A stretch of 63,461 nt of DNA, filler included, from Asterionella formosa (Eukaryota), in assembly GCA_002256025.1 (NCBI GenBank). It is 19 parts of 19 records of this genome, joined end to end, with 100 filler letters (N's around TTAATTAATTAA, not from the genome) between each part and the next. Parts side by side here need not be neighbours in the genome. Positions count along the whole stretch, not along the records: positions 1 to 20,252 come from NKIB01003415.1; positions 20,353 to 40,578 come from NKIB01003425.1; 17 more parts are not named here. The stretch is one strand, 5' to 3'. Positions 14,001 through 25,692 of the stretch are shown one piece after another. Position 1 is the stretch's first letter, and the number at the start of each line of letters is the position of its first letter. Made by a program: the position numbers and the translations under genes. The notes beneath the pieces are model-generated. The model ran no database searches and was not told where the DNA came from. It saw only the letters and a program-made list of their open reading frames with translations.

Positions 14001-14249
14001 GACATGACTGGTATGCTTAACGATTTGAGCTCAGATTTGAATTCTGATTTGCCATCTTTCGGTATCAACACAATAACTGAACAAGTTCCTGCATCATCTT
14101 TGAACGTTTTCTCCGAAGGTGAAAGCGCACTTACAACAGATGTGGTCCATCTTGACGACATTGTTCCTATCAGAGAGGCGACTGTTCCTGGCGTGTTCCG
14201 CAGAACGCAAGATCCTTTTTCCATGGGTGGAAGGTATGGTCTCCCGTAG
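11037..14249 (+). CDS. CDPK: Calcium-dependent protein kinase; join(11037..11136,11355..11566,11646..14249)
   Basis: Exon 1 starts MGCSQS (myristoylation/palmitoylation-type). GT-AG introns 11137-11354 and 11567-11645 join in frame. Kinase motifs GSGISG, AVK, HRDMKLEN, DFG and APE, then an autoinhibitory junction and EF-hands DTDGSGEIS and DSDHKGYIT. Confidence 0.92.
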
Positions 14250-14669
14250 AAAAATACAAGTATGGACAAAATTGAACACTGGAAACTTCATATTTAGCGC
14301 AGCATGATGTATTGTTCGATAGGAATTTCGATATAAAAAACACCGTCGCGAGCCATTGGAAGATATACATGAATTAATTAGGTATCAAAACTCATTAAGA
14401 TGGTCACCAGACTTTCTGTTCCATTGCAGTCACCTAGACTATCGATATCCATATAATTGTGTTAAGATGTTGCCCTTGTATCCTTCCTTCGGGGAGCGAG
14501 GACAAGCTTATCGAAACGCAAACCAATATGATAGTCGTTCACGAAATCTGTGGTGTAAACGATAGCTAACACGAGTTCAATAAATAGTAGCTTTGTTTCT
14601 ACTTGATTATATATGTCTTTTGTTCACTATCAGTTTCTATAATATTATTATTCTCATATCCTATCTCCC

Positions 14670-15938
14670 TTATCTTTCTCGTTCATGAATCAAATCCGTG
14701 TTGAGACCAGCCAATCGATCACGCATTGCTTGGAGCTTTGTATCAAGGTGGCTAACCCGCAACTCGTAGGCAAGTTGTTCTGACTTTAATGCTTCTTTCA
14801 ATATCTCAGCTTCATCTCGCTTTGCCATGTAGACTTCAAGAATATTGTTGGAGTCATTGACAATAGCTTCAAGTGATCGAACACTTGGTTGTTCTTGAGT
14901 AGGAAGGTGAAAGTTGATGGCGCATTTCGCCTTCTGGAAACTACTGTACTTGACCACAATCGCGGCAATCTTCTTTGCCAAATCGATTTCGGCACTCCAT
15001 CGAGCAAGATTCTTTCTGAGAATGAGGTTTTTGTCGCGAGCGTTGATATACGCTTTCTCCCAATCCTTCGCCTTTAATGTCTTGTTAATGGTACGGACTT
15101 CATTGAGCTGTCTGCTGTACTTGCACATAACGCTGTAGCGAGTTTTTGTCACGAACATGTGGGAAATGTCAAGATCTTTTTTACCAATTTCGATTGATAT
15201 CATTTTATTATGCACCACTTGTTTTTGTGACGTGATGTCTGTAATATCTTTAATGGTCATCATTAGCTTTTCCTCCAAGAGTTTTATTTCGCATTCGAAC
15301 TCCGTGGCGATCTGCTTTCGCTTCGTGTCACCTTGAAACAACTTAATGTTGTAGAAATCTAAGGCATCCATAAAGTCCGCAATCATCTCATTTGTGATTG
15401 AGATCTCCTCCCTGCATATTACCGCACTTTCGACGATTTTCATGAGTACCTGGGGAGTATCTAGTCGAGCACGCCAATATCTAGTGTTCATCCAAATGTT
15501 GCGAAGAATCTTGTTCAGCTTGTTGCGAACGTGGCGACATTCCCATTGAAGTTTGGGAAAAAGTTCATTCTGTTTCTCACAATCTTCCTTGAGATCATTT
15601 AGCTTTTCGTTTTCTTCCATGAGCGTCTCCAATTCCTTGCGCTGAGAATTGAAAGAGTTGAATTCTTGTTGGTGTATCAAGATTTCATCGTCGCACAATG
15701 GCATGGTCGTGTTTACGCAATCAGGAGCGCTCTTGAGATCAACGCAGTGAAGAGTAGATAAACGATAGCGATTGCTGTTAATGAACTTCATTTTGTCTAT
15801 AAAAGGAGAAAAGGAGATTAGATTTTGAGATACACACTCCAGGAATGGTTTAATGTCTTCGAGTGCGTTTTGATTCCCACTGGCCACTTTGCTGCTTTTT
15901 GATCGCACTATGTACGGTACAAAAGGAAGCTTAGACAT
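14670..15938 (-). CDS. Hypothetical coiled-coil protein (about 422 aa)
   Basis: Long uninterrupted ORF from ATG 15938 (MSKLPFV), rich in E/K/L/I heptads; no recognisable domain. Confidence 0.6.
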   Translation of the reverse strand: MSKLPFVPYIVRSKSSKVASGNQNALEDIKPFLECVSQNLISFSPFIDKMKFINSNRYRLSTLHCVDLKSAPDCVNTTMPLCDDEILIHQQEFNSFNSQRKELETLMEENEKLNDLKEDCEKQNELFPKLQWECRHVRNKLNKILRNIWMNTRYWRARLDTPQVLMKIVESAVICREEISITNEMIADFMDALDFYNIKLFQGDTKRKQIATEFECEIKLLEEKLMMTIKDITDITSQKQVVHNKMISIEIGKKDLDISHMFVTKTRYSVMCKYSRQLNEVRTINKTLKAKDWEKAYINARDKNLILRKNLARWSAEIDLAKKIAAIVVKYSSFQKAKCAINFHLPTQEQPSVRSLEAIVNDSNNILEVYMAKRDEAEILKEALKSEQLAYELRVSHLDTKLQAMRDRLAGLNTDLIHERER

Positions 15939-16919
15939 GATTGACTTACTCTGAGAATGCTTATGTTGGTAAGTGTTCGTGAAAGTGCTCCTCGGATTTC
16001 GTCGCGTCAAAGGAAATGTGAGCCTTTTCACTTCAGCACGGTGCTTATCATAAAAAGGGATGTGAGCAGGATGGGGATCTTGGTACAAATTAAGACAGAA
16101 TGGTCTACATACAGTATAACCAGTTATGAATAACAAAATATATTGATGTGTAAATTGAGGGTACTTACACGTTATCTGTCAAATTCATTAGTATACTAAA
16201 TAACCTATGACGAAAACGTGAGGGAGAGCGACAGGGACGATCGTGGAAAAAAAATGGCGCGAGCGACAAGAATGTTACCGGCTACCTTCTACATACCAGT
16301 GGTAGACTCCGGCAATGCTCCAATCAGGACGCACCACGTTGTATCACATAGAGCTATAACCAAGAGGAATCATACATAGTAATTCCTTTACGCCTGTACC
16401 AGGTACATGGTAAATGGTAATGTAATTATGGTAACTTACAGCAACCTCTACGGTAAATAATGCCTACCGAAACTTGGTACCTGGTACCTGGTGCTATACA
16501 TAGTAAAGCATGGATTGTTATGTAGGCACACGTACAATACTCCCTTGAGTCGAGCCAGTCATACTAAATCACGTGAGCTTCTTTATTTTTCACTCCCCAA
16601 CGATGAACGATCAAGGATTGGCTGATTTGGAGCGAGGCAGTGTGGCAAGTTTAATCATACGCAGTTTTAGTAGGCAACGAATGCCACTGTTTGACCAGAA
16701 AAGTGTATCTTTATGATGTTTGACTTTTAAGGTTTCAAATCATCTACTTCTGCTATTTATCAAGCAAAGGCCATTGAAATTAAATGCTATTCCATTTCAC
16801 AAGTAAAATCAAAACATAAAATGAGAGCCGCCATAATCTTACCACCTTTCTAATTGGTAAAAGCAAGAGATGATTGCATGATACCTTCATGAATTTAACT
16901 CTTTGTATCCATTTCTACA

Positions 16920-18258
16920 TCAATGGTCTAAACGGCGACCCAATAAGACACCCGAAAGGACTGCAATAATTGTGGAAACCACCAAAAATGTAGGACCAAA
17001 GAATGCAACAGTGCCATCTGGAACAGGTACTACTGGTACCTCTTCCACAGGTGTGGAATCATCTCTTTTCAACTCTTCATAAGCCTCTTTGCAACAATGG
17101 AGTGCTCCACGGACCCCAAGGTCCTCCACCATGACAGCAAACAAGGGGACATAGTCCAAAACAGTCCCTACACGACCCTTGTCTCGGTAGGCCTTCATAA
17201 ACTCTGATTCTGGGCCTTCAATGAAATGGATATTCTTTGGAGTTAATCCGCCAGTTACAAAAAGTCCTCCAGTAGGAATGAACTTGATGGCAGTTGAACC
17301 AACCTCAGACCCATATGCACTGTGGAGGATGAGCAAGAATGATTTAGGTATGTTTCACTTGATGATATAAAAACGAGACCAAGCAATATGTAACGACTTA
17401 CGCCATTGCAATAGCCATTGCCTGATGAAAAAGAGTCCCTTCCTTGGCATTTTCTGAAACAAACTTTCCTTTCGAATCACCTGGTGCCTTCAAGAACTCC
17501 TCATGCATTTTGTCATCCTTCATTTCAGGAAATTCGGAAACAAGGAAATCGTAGACATTCCCCAGCCCTGGTCCAGATACAACACGTTCCGCCGATAGTC
17601 GATGTTCTCTTCCAAACCTCTTCATCATGTAGGCCCGCATTTTGATTTCCAACTCTGATCTAGGGTTGAACTCGACATGACCCCCTTCGCTCGGAAAACA
17701 AGAATAGGTTCCAGTACGTCCATTCGGCGTTAGGAAGCACTCGCCCAATCCAGTCCCAGCTCCGACACATACCTTGGGTCCTCCAAACATGGTCATGGCA
17801 TGCGATCCTGGCGTAAGTTCCCTCATCTCGTTGGGTTTGAGTGTCAGACAGCCGTACCCCTGCGCAACAAAGTCATTAATGACTTTGCATACTTTGATGC
17901 GTTTGACATAAATCTCCTCGCAGAACATGCCAGTTTCAATGGCGTGCCCGTCAATGACAATGTCCTTCAGGTTGGACATTTGCACCCGGTTGTCTCGCAC
18001 GGGCCCGGCAATGGCGAGACATGCTACAATTTCTGACCAGTCAATGGGTTCGAGGCCCTTGACGGAATCCCAACAGTGCTGGAGGAAGGGAGCGATAATC
18101 TTGGCTTCAAAGATGCCATCCTTCTTTTCTTTGATATGTTCCTCGTTGCGGTAGTACTTGACGCAAAGGGGAATGGACGACGCCGCTCCGTAGAGCGCCA
18201 TGCGAGAGTTCGTTCCTCCCACGTCTCCCGTGAGCATGTATGTGCATGTTATTGTCAT
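16920..18258 (-). CDS. glk: Glucokinase, bacterial Glk (group A) type, with C-terminal hydrophobic tail; complement(join(16920..17319,17402..18258))
   Basis: Motifs GDVGGTNSR, AIAGPV, INDFVAQGYG, GAGTGLG, SEGGH, ERVVSGPGL and GGLFVTGG. An 82-nt intron 17320-17401 (GTAAGT donor, CAG acceptor) restores MAIAMAAYGSEVG. Confidence 0.93.
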
Positions 18259-18795
18259 TTTGTGGAACTACAACGTGCGGTAGTCTGTTGTATGCTATGC
18301 TGTTTCGAGCTTGCTGTGCCACGCTAATATGTGAGGCAACGGTAGGTTATGATTTTGAGAAGGAACAAAGGTACGACGACGGGTGGGAGAATTGTTCAAT
18401 CAAACCACTACCGGTGTGGTAGCTACATAGGCAATAAATAGGCACTTTTAGATCGCCGTTCTGTAGCGACAGTACCAGGTACCGTACATCCTGAAAAAAT
18501 TCTATGGTACCTGGTATGGTGTACCGATGGTGTTCCCAGAGCGCTTTCCGCCTCGTAAATACCTGCATGTTCCGGGATTGTTGCAATTTGCCTCTTCAGA
18601 TTCATCACTACTTATGTATGGGATCATCTGATAACATCCTCGTCCCTTCTCACACATAAGATATCCACACTACAGGCAGTCATTTTTGTAACGACGCACG
18701 TGCGCATATATTTGGTACGTGACTACCAGGTGCTCGAGTAACCTACTAACTACCTGGTACCTGGACCAGGACTCGAGTACAGGTACCACTTAAAA

Positions 18796-18993
18796 ACTGT
18801 AAGCCACCGCCATTTTACTCTTTCTTTCGACTAAAAATATTTATGTAATTCAACGATCAAAACTTGACGCAAGTACAAAGCTTATGTTAGACAATGCTCT
18901 CTGCTATACTATTAAGGAATCAGTTTTGATTCAGTGTAAGAAAAATAATTTTTCCAAAGTCACTAAGATTATTGCATAGCGGTGGCTTACAGT
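18796..18993. mobile_element. MITE-like element or DNA transposon terminus bounded by 15-bp inverted repeats
   Basis: ACTGTAAGCCACCGC (18796-18810) and its exact reverse complement (18979-18993) flank an AT-rich interior. The same sequence recurs at the start of another contig (54145-54165). No clear TSD. Confidence 0.6.
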
Positions 18994-19141
18994 GCATATT
19001 TTTCTTTTTGTACATGTATATATTTTCCCCCCAAACCGTGTTAATTTTTACTCCATTAATACTTCAAAAATTATTTTCTTATTACTTTACGTTTTACACT
19101 TTTGCAGGGCAGCATCATTTTTGGAGAATTCTTCTGATGCA

Positions 19142-20105
19142 TTACATTAATCTCAAGCTTCTTTGCATCCAATTACTTGTTTGCAGAGTCTCAAACTTCA
19201 TCACGGAATGGTGGATCGGCTCTAGAAGTTGTGGAAGGAGAGGGAATAGCAACAGAAGGAGGTGCAGTAACAACAACCACAGCAATAGGAGGTGTATGGA
19301 GAGGGAATGGCGGCTGCTGGTCACCATGGTGATTGGTGTTGTTGAATCTTGTAATCAGAGCTTGCCTTGTTTGTGGAACCGGCAAATCACCTGATCGTTT
19401 GTACCAATGCACCATTAATTTCAATTCTGGCACAGACATGAGGGAGAGTGGCAGTCTCTGTAGGCGCATTGATGTTCTGTTGTGGTTGGGTTAGTTGAAT
19501 CTCAGGGTGAAGCAAGACATTATAATTCAGGGTATACTATCCTAGTTCATAAATTGCTTTCTTGTTTGTGGCAATATTTGCAAAGGAATTGTCCCATGCC
19601 GTATTCACCAGTCCAACTATGTCGACCTTGTTAATTGTAAGCTCCTCTTGCCTGTGATCTGCTTTTAAGGTGAGCAATTTGCGTTTTGCTTTTGTAATGT
19701 TCATTTTGAAACAACCGTTTTGCTCACTACTGTCTCCAACCTGCCAGTAGCTTGTACCATAGTACTAAGGAACACCAATACAGACTGTCTAACCGTTTAC
19801 TGGGTTTGTTTATGTATTCAAGGAACAAAATGTCAAATCGAGACCCATGTCCATCAAGTATTAGGAATGGTGGGGGCCCGTTGTTTCGAGGAAAGATGCC
19901 AGAGTCATCCATGTGCTTTAGCATGCCAACCAGAAGCTCTGCAGTGATTGAGCCGTTTCCTGACACACAGCAGTATGTAGGCAACTGTTTCCCTTCCATA
20001 TCACAGACTGGTCCTTGTGGATATCGTTTTCCCTTTCCGCTGATGCCATGTATGTTTTCATCGTCTCCTTCCCAAGCAGCAAACGGATCTAGGCCAAGCT
20101 TCTAG
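19142..20105 (-). pseudogene. Degenerate pogo/Tigger-like (DDE_1, Tc1/mariner superfamily) transposase
   Basis: Fragments across frames: GSITAELLVGMLKHMD, PFLILDGHGSRFDILFLEYIN, and a C-terminal ELKLMVHWYKRSGDLPVP; multiple frameshifts and stops. Confidence 0.7.
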
Positions 20106-20252
20106 CTCCCTAATCACATTGTTAAGACAAATCTGAACACTGACCAACTCTTCAGGAGACAATTTCTTTCGAGGCAAGGCATTGCCTTGTCGAGGCGTTT
20201 TCGAGGTCATGATGTTGGTATTGTGATGGGTGATTGTTGTGTTTGCATTTAA

Positions 20253-20352
20253 NNNNNNNNNNNNNNNNNNNNNNNNNNNNNNNNNNNNNNNNNNNNTTAA
20301 TTAATTAANNNNNNNNNNNNNNNNNNNNNNNNNNNNNNNNNNNNNNNNNNNN
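20253..20352. other. Artificial contig linker (first of 18; others start at 40579, 41927, 43274, 44621, 45968, 47315, 48663, 50006, 51352, 52699, 54045, 55391, 56737, 58082, 59427, 60772, 62117)
   Basis: Identical 100-nt N44-TTAATTAATTAA-N44 blocks, giving stops in all six frames. Confidence 0.98.
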
Positions 20353-22041
20353 GATATCCATTATTTTCGTCATGGTCAAGTCTGAGACGATATCATGGCT
20401 CATGCACCCATATTCTCCAGCAGTTCTAAACAACTACAATGTAGTGTTTTATAAATAGAAACAAATCGCAACATCGAGGCTAAATGATTATGTACTAGCA
20501 TCTACAAGGGCTACTTCAGGTACCCTGAGCATATCATATATCCCAGCCATGCATAGTAAGTGATATGTGATACTACTTTGCATGATAGCTATGATTTCAA
20601 AAACAGCAGTACCCCGGTAGGCTGTTGGATCAGGCGTAATTATTACTGTCTGTAACCAAGTATATAATTATAGCATTATGTATATTCATAGTATTGGCAA
20701 GGCTATCAGGGGGAATGGTTATGTCTTTTCATGTATACTTCATAGCATAAGGGTCATTTGCAAGAAGTTCTAGTCATTGTTAGCAAATTCTAGTCATAGT
20801 CAGCCAGCAGGTTTAAATGTAGAAAAAGGTGATTCCTATTTGTATTCCAAAGCTAGAAGACGGTTTGCTGAATTGTTCCATCAGTCAGCAAATCGAAGTC
20901 ATGTTCAGAGACTCATTCTGCAAATCATCATCGGTCGCTCAATTAGTCTAGGGTAATGTTTTTTCTAAATTACATGAAGTATATTCTTTCCATCAAAAGC
21001 TGGCCTATCTCGTCTGGCAGGCATGGGACAAAGCATTGGGAGTGAGTCGAAACTGATGAAATCGATCAATGAGAATTTTAGCACAATAGCTTGATTGATT
21101 GATGCTGTGCTGACACTATCGACGAACAAAGTAACGGATCTGCAATTCTGTAGAAACTACCTTTACTCGGAGGAGTCAAACAAACACCTACTAACTCAAT
21201 GGGTCATGGCAGTTTTTTACTGGCACCAGTTACCAACTACCGTAAGCTGGTATCCTTACGATACGATATGGTCACAAACATGATAGCACTAGTATGTAAC
21301 TTTTTGTCGTTTCATGGTGGTCTGACTGGTGGTGTTGTTCAAACCAGAAAAAAGTAATCCACTGTACCACCAGTACACATCAAAGCTCCTATTACTTGGT
21401 AGTAAGTACAATACCCTGTAACTAAATAGGGGATGCATTTTGTCCGACTCCTGCCGACAATACGGCCATACGTTTGATTTATGTAGCAGACCCATCCCAT
21501 TACGTTTGACGTCCTCAGCCTGTTCGTTATGTCACACTGTTATCAATCGGGTCGTTCGTTTTTAATTAAAGACATTTATATGTACATACATTAATATTAA
21601 GACAAAGGTCGGCAGGCTACACATTGTGACCGTTGGTATCCTTCCAACAGATTGGATGTTCTACCATAATAGTACTACCTGGTAGCAGGTGCCAGGGTAC
21701 CAGGAACAGTGAGCAAGAATTATACATAGGCACTTCTATACTAAGTATCGCTTCCTACATCGGTACCGGTACTATGCTACTGGTACCTCTCTATGTGATG
21801 ACAACTTTATACGTCGCATCCGTGGTTCAAACCTGCTGCCGAGCCACTTTTAAAAAAAATCCCCAAAAGTCATCGTTTATATTTTTGTTCCCTTCCCTCC
21901 AAGGAAAATCATATCGATGTTCCACATTCTTTCTACTAATAGAAGTCACCTTGAAAATTGCATCACAGTCTATAAAATCCACTGCATCTCACTCCGAGGT
22001 GCAATACAGCACAATACAATAGCAAATAGAAGGAGGAAAGA

Positions 22042-23159
22042 ATGGCTTGTGTTTCCTCTTCCCGCCATCATGGCCCATCAATGAACAATGAAGAATCCAG
22101 CCACATGACGATGAGTCGAGCGGACGAACAAGAACTCCTGCTTCCAGCAACATCATCCAATGAATTGATGAGAACTCCTTCTTCCATGCAGCAGCAACGG
22201 GCCATGAGATACTCCTACCCAAATGATGCTCTTGACACACATCATCAGCACTACGCGGGGCCGTTCTTGGCTGCCAAAAGTCCAATTTCCATGTCATTTG
22301 CAACTATTATTGGAGCAGGTACGTATCTGTTGCCTTTGGGTTTCGCCAGAATGATTGGTTGTCCAAAGTGGACTTACACGCTCCATCATCCTTGCACACA
22401 TTTATCACAGCTCACGCTGTGGATCAGCAAGAGGCGATTTTTCGAGATCAACAGCCACAAGTAGTTCCTTCCAGAGACAAGATCATGAAGGAACGTACCA
22501 ACAAAACGTCTCTTCCTCAGACAAGTACTATCAATGCTTCCACCTCTGCGAAAACAACAACAACAACAACAACAGCAGTAGTACATCATCACGTTAGTTT
22601 CGAAATTGAGCTACAAGAGCCTGACGTATGCAAACGCTTGGTATTGGCCATGGCCTTGGAACGCCCTCGTGCCCTCCATCACGGCAGTGATGGCGACAAT
22701 GCAAAGCCTCCATCACCACTGATTCAATTGGGATTTTTTTGGAAGGACTACCCAATCCTTGAAGGCCTCTTGTACGATCACATGCCTCTCTATTATGAAT
22801 GGTCCACTCATCAACGGCAGTCCAAACACCAGCAAGCCTTTAACAATGGGTTGGTCGAAAAGACTCGTCTCGTGGCTTGTGAACAAGGCCTGACATTTTG
22901 TTCGCAGTTTACAGACAAGAAATTGAGAGATAGGATTCGTTGCTTCTTCAAGACGCATTTGCAAAATGCAAAAAAGAGATTGCATACCATGATGAAGCAC
23001 TTGGACGCGCCGTTGGTGCGACAAACCTTAATGGAGATGATGGAAAAGAGTAAGGACTTATTGCCGTTACGGTCTGTAATAAGTGAAGAAGATAACATGC
23101 CTCCTGTTGTAAAGAAACATGGAGCCATGAAATTATTGCCAAAGCAACAGTGCTTTTAA
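22042..23159 (+). CDS. Uncharacterised protein with a compact basic helical domain; join(22042..22318,22411..23159)
   Basis: A 92-nt GTACGT..CAG intron joins the two track ORFs in frame (GAAHAVDQQ). Core FFWKDYPILE...YYEWS...FNN.LV...FTDKKLRDRIRCFFKTHLQNAKKR. Confidence 0.75.
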
Positions 23160-23362
23160 CAACCAGGCGGCGTCGAACACTCAAAAGTAGATATAACCAT
23201 TTATGATTATATTGTATCCTACTAAAACATGCTAGGAATATTATCCAAGAGTGAACACTAACTGATATTATTTACTATTTAGACTACCGGTATTTCAAGG
23301 GACAGGCGTTGCAAATACGTTTCGCAATACTAAGATAGAGTCTAAATTTAAAATGAAACATT

Positions 23363-24523
23363 TTAGGATGCCGGTACACCAGTAAACAAGGGAACCTTTG
23401 GAATAGTCATGGTTTCTGGCATGGGCAAATCTGCTTTGGCAAGCAACTGTTGTCGAATCGGAGGTAGTGTCCCCCCAATTTGAGCGTCACCGTACATAAA
23501 GTCTCGGTTGTCCTTGTCTGCTTGAGCCTTGCGATCTTTGACTAACGCAATCAATGCATTGACTTCTCGCATCACGTCACTTAACTCTTCTACAGAATCA
23601 GCAAATTCCTTGCATGATAGGAGTGACTTCAAGGCTTGATCCAATCTCATAATTTCTGTCCCCCAATCACTCGCTTGTCGTGCCGCGACCGCTTGGTGGT
23701 ATTCCGCCTTGGCTGTCAGAATCATACTCCAATACTTGCACCTGGCCCCCCACTCTAAAATAGGTTTTGGAAGGTTACTTACCAACAGTGGGTCCTTGGA
23801 CAGTACAAGTGCTTCGTTAAAGACAGGTACCGCGCCCATGGCAAGATAGCTAAGCAACGCATGCTTCGGGGGGTCCTCTCCCTTGAGTACCATTTCATAT
23901 GCTGCCATTTGTGCACATCCCAACATGGCCCGTTCCCAAAATTCCAATAATGCTCCACTCATGTCAACAGTCTCAAAGCATTGTCCCTTCATCGCCTCCC
24001 TGAGATGATGCATCGTCGATGCTGCATTCTGATAGTGTTTGACCGCTTGTTTGCGCTCCTCCTTCTTGTCAGTCCCACACTGCGACCCAAGGAACGACTC
24101 TAGTGCCGCAATGTTCCACAAGGTACATACGCTATCCCAAATGAGTGAGCCATGTGATTCTTGCTGTGGCCCTACAGCTGCCTTCCATGTTAATTGCAAT
24201 GGCGAGTCTTCATCAAACGTCGGAAAGGCGTGACTCTGAAATATGCGCAGGGCCGCGTGGTATTCATGTAAATCGGACAAGGCCATGTCATCGAGGGCAT
24301 GACGATGAGACATGGGTTTCATAATGGCGTCGGCCAAGCAATTACGGAGTGATGCAAGTCGTGTCACGTCCTTGTAGCAGTGGGCACTTGTGAAACTGGG
24401 TTTGAGGCATGTAAAGGCCATGGGATTGGCGAACAATTCGTAGTCGGGAGGAGCATCAAGCCAGGCGACGAGTGGAGCTTTCAGATCTGTCTTGAATGGG
24501 ACTTTCAACGGAATGATGAGCAT
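23363..24523 (-). CDS. BRO1-domain protein (standalone, BROX-like size)
   Basis: From ATG 24523: MLIIPLK...DLKAPL, LTWKAA, DSVCTLWNIAALES, AVKHYQNAA, MLGCAQ, KAEYHQA, and KAQADKDNRDFMY (resembles the BRO1 KDNDFIY motif). Confidence 0.82.
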   Translation of the reverse strand: MLIIPLKVPFKTDLKAPLVAWLDAPPDYELFANPMAFTCLKPSFTSAHCYKDVTRLASLRNCLADAIMKPMSHRHALDDMALSDLHEYHAALRIFQSHAFPTFDEDSPLQLTWKAAVGPQQESHGSLIWDSVCTLWNIAALESFLGSQCGTDKKEERKQAVKHYQNAASTMHHLREAMKGQCFETVDMSGALLEFWERAMLGCAQMAAYEMVLKGEDPPKHALLSYLAMGAVPVFNEALVLSKDPLLVSNLPKPILEWGARCKYWSMILTAKAEYHQAVAARQASDWGTEIMRLDQALKSLLSCKEFADSVEELSDVMREVNALIALVKDRKAQADKDNRDFMYGDAQIGGTLPPIRQQLLAKADLPMPETMTIPKVPLFTGVPAS

Positions 24524-24886
24524 TCGTTTGTGTGTTGTGTGTGAGTGTGTATGCGTAGTATCTGAATGCGACAATGGCAGATGATCGAGAGGAATAATGG
24601 TGTGTTTTGTGTGAAATACCGGTAGTCTAATAAAACGAAAAAAAAATATACATACACGTATTGCGATGATGATAAATACTACCAGTACCGGAATGTTACT
24701 ACGATCAGATCCGTACGTAATGTGAAACAAGAAAAGCAAAGAAAGGACGACTGATGTGCTGCAACAGCTGCAAAATAGTACACGAATAATCCGCTGTACG
24801 TTTATTGATACCTCCAATATGAGCTATTTAAATTTATATTCATACTTACTACATGTACTGTGGGATGTTATCTTGGGAATTTTTAT

Positions 24887-25092
24887 CCCCTTGCTTTCTC
24901 CTCCTGCTTGAATACTAGATGGTATTCACAAAAACAAGATCGCGTTGGGAATCCTTCTCCATTTGCTGTTGAGCGAGCAAGGGTCGACTCAGCCCCTTGC
25001 TTTCTCCTCCTGCTTGCTTACTGGTATTCACAAAAACAAGATCGCGTTGGGAATCCTCCACCAGTTGCTGTTGAGCGAGCAAGGTTCGACTC
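24887..25092. repeat. Tandem duplication of an approximately 100-bp unit in the BRO1/TRM10 divergent intergenic region
   Basis: ccccttgctttctcctcctgcttg...ggtattcacaaaaacaagatcgcgttgggaatcct...gctgttgagcgagcaagg.tcgactc occurs twice. Confidence 0.85.
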
Positions 25093-25692
25093 GGCCGATC
25101 AAGGCAGGTACCAGTACCGGTACCTGCTGATGAGTCGTGCTAACCGTCGATTAAATTCAATATGGTATTCTTTTATTTACATGCCGGTGGTATTTACTGT
25201 GCATGCACTGATTCAATCATACGGTAAATTCATATCTTACGCAAATAGGAAGGCCATTCAAGTAGCTACAGCTATGGTACCATGTACCTGGTAATACTGT
25301 GTACCGGTATATGTAATACATAGACCACCAGGAAACGATACCCATAGTAAATTTCTCAATTATCGGACATTTCAAGTCGCTCTACTGGCATCAACTAAAT
25401 ATAAATTTTATAATAATTACTACTTTTAAAGTCTGTCTAAATACCGGTATACTGCTTCAGCTGTCGTATACTAAACAATGGGCATGGCTGTGATCGGCAA
25501 CTCATCATCAGTCGCCACCGATGCTAGTATAGCGGATCAATCGATCCCTTCTGTTTCTCATTTTCGTCAAGCAGCACCAAGCTAAGGCATTGGGAGAACC
25601 AACAATCCAAAGGGTAATTAATTGAAACTCTGCCAGTAACAGTAGTAAAAGCGGCTTTCTCGTTCTTCTCAACGAACAACAACACAATTATA

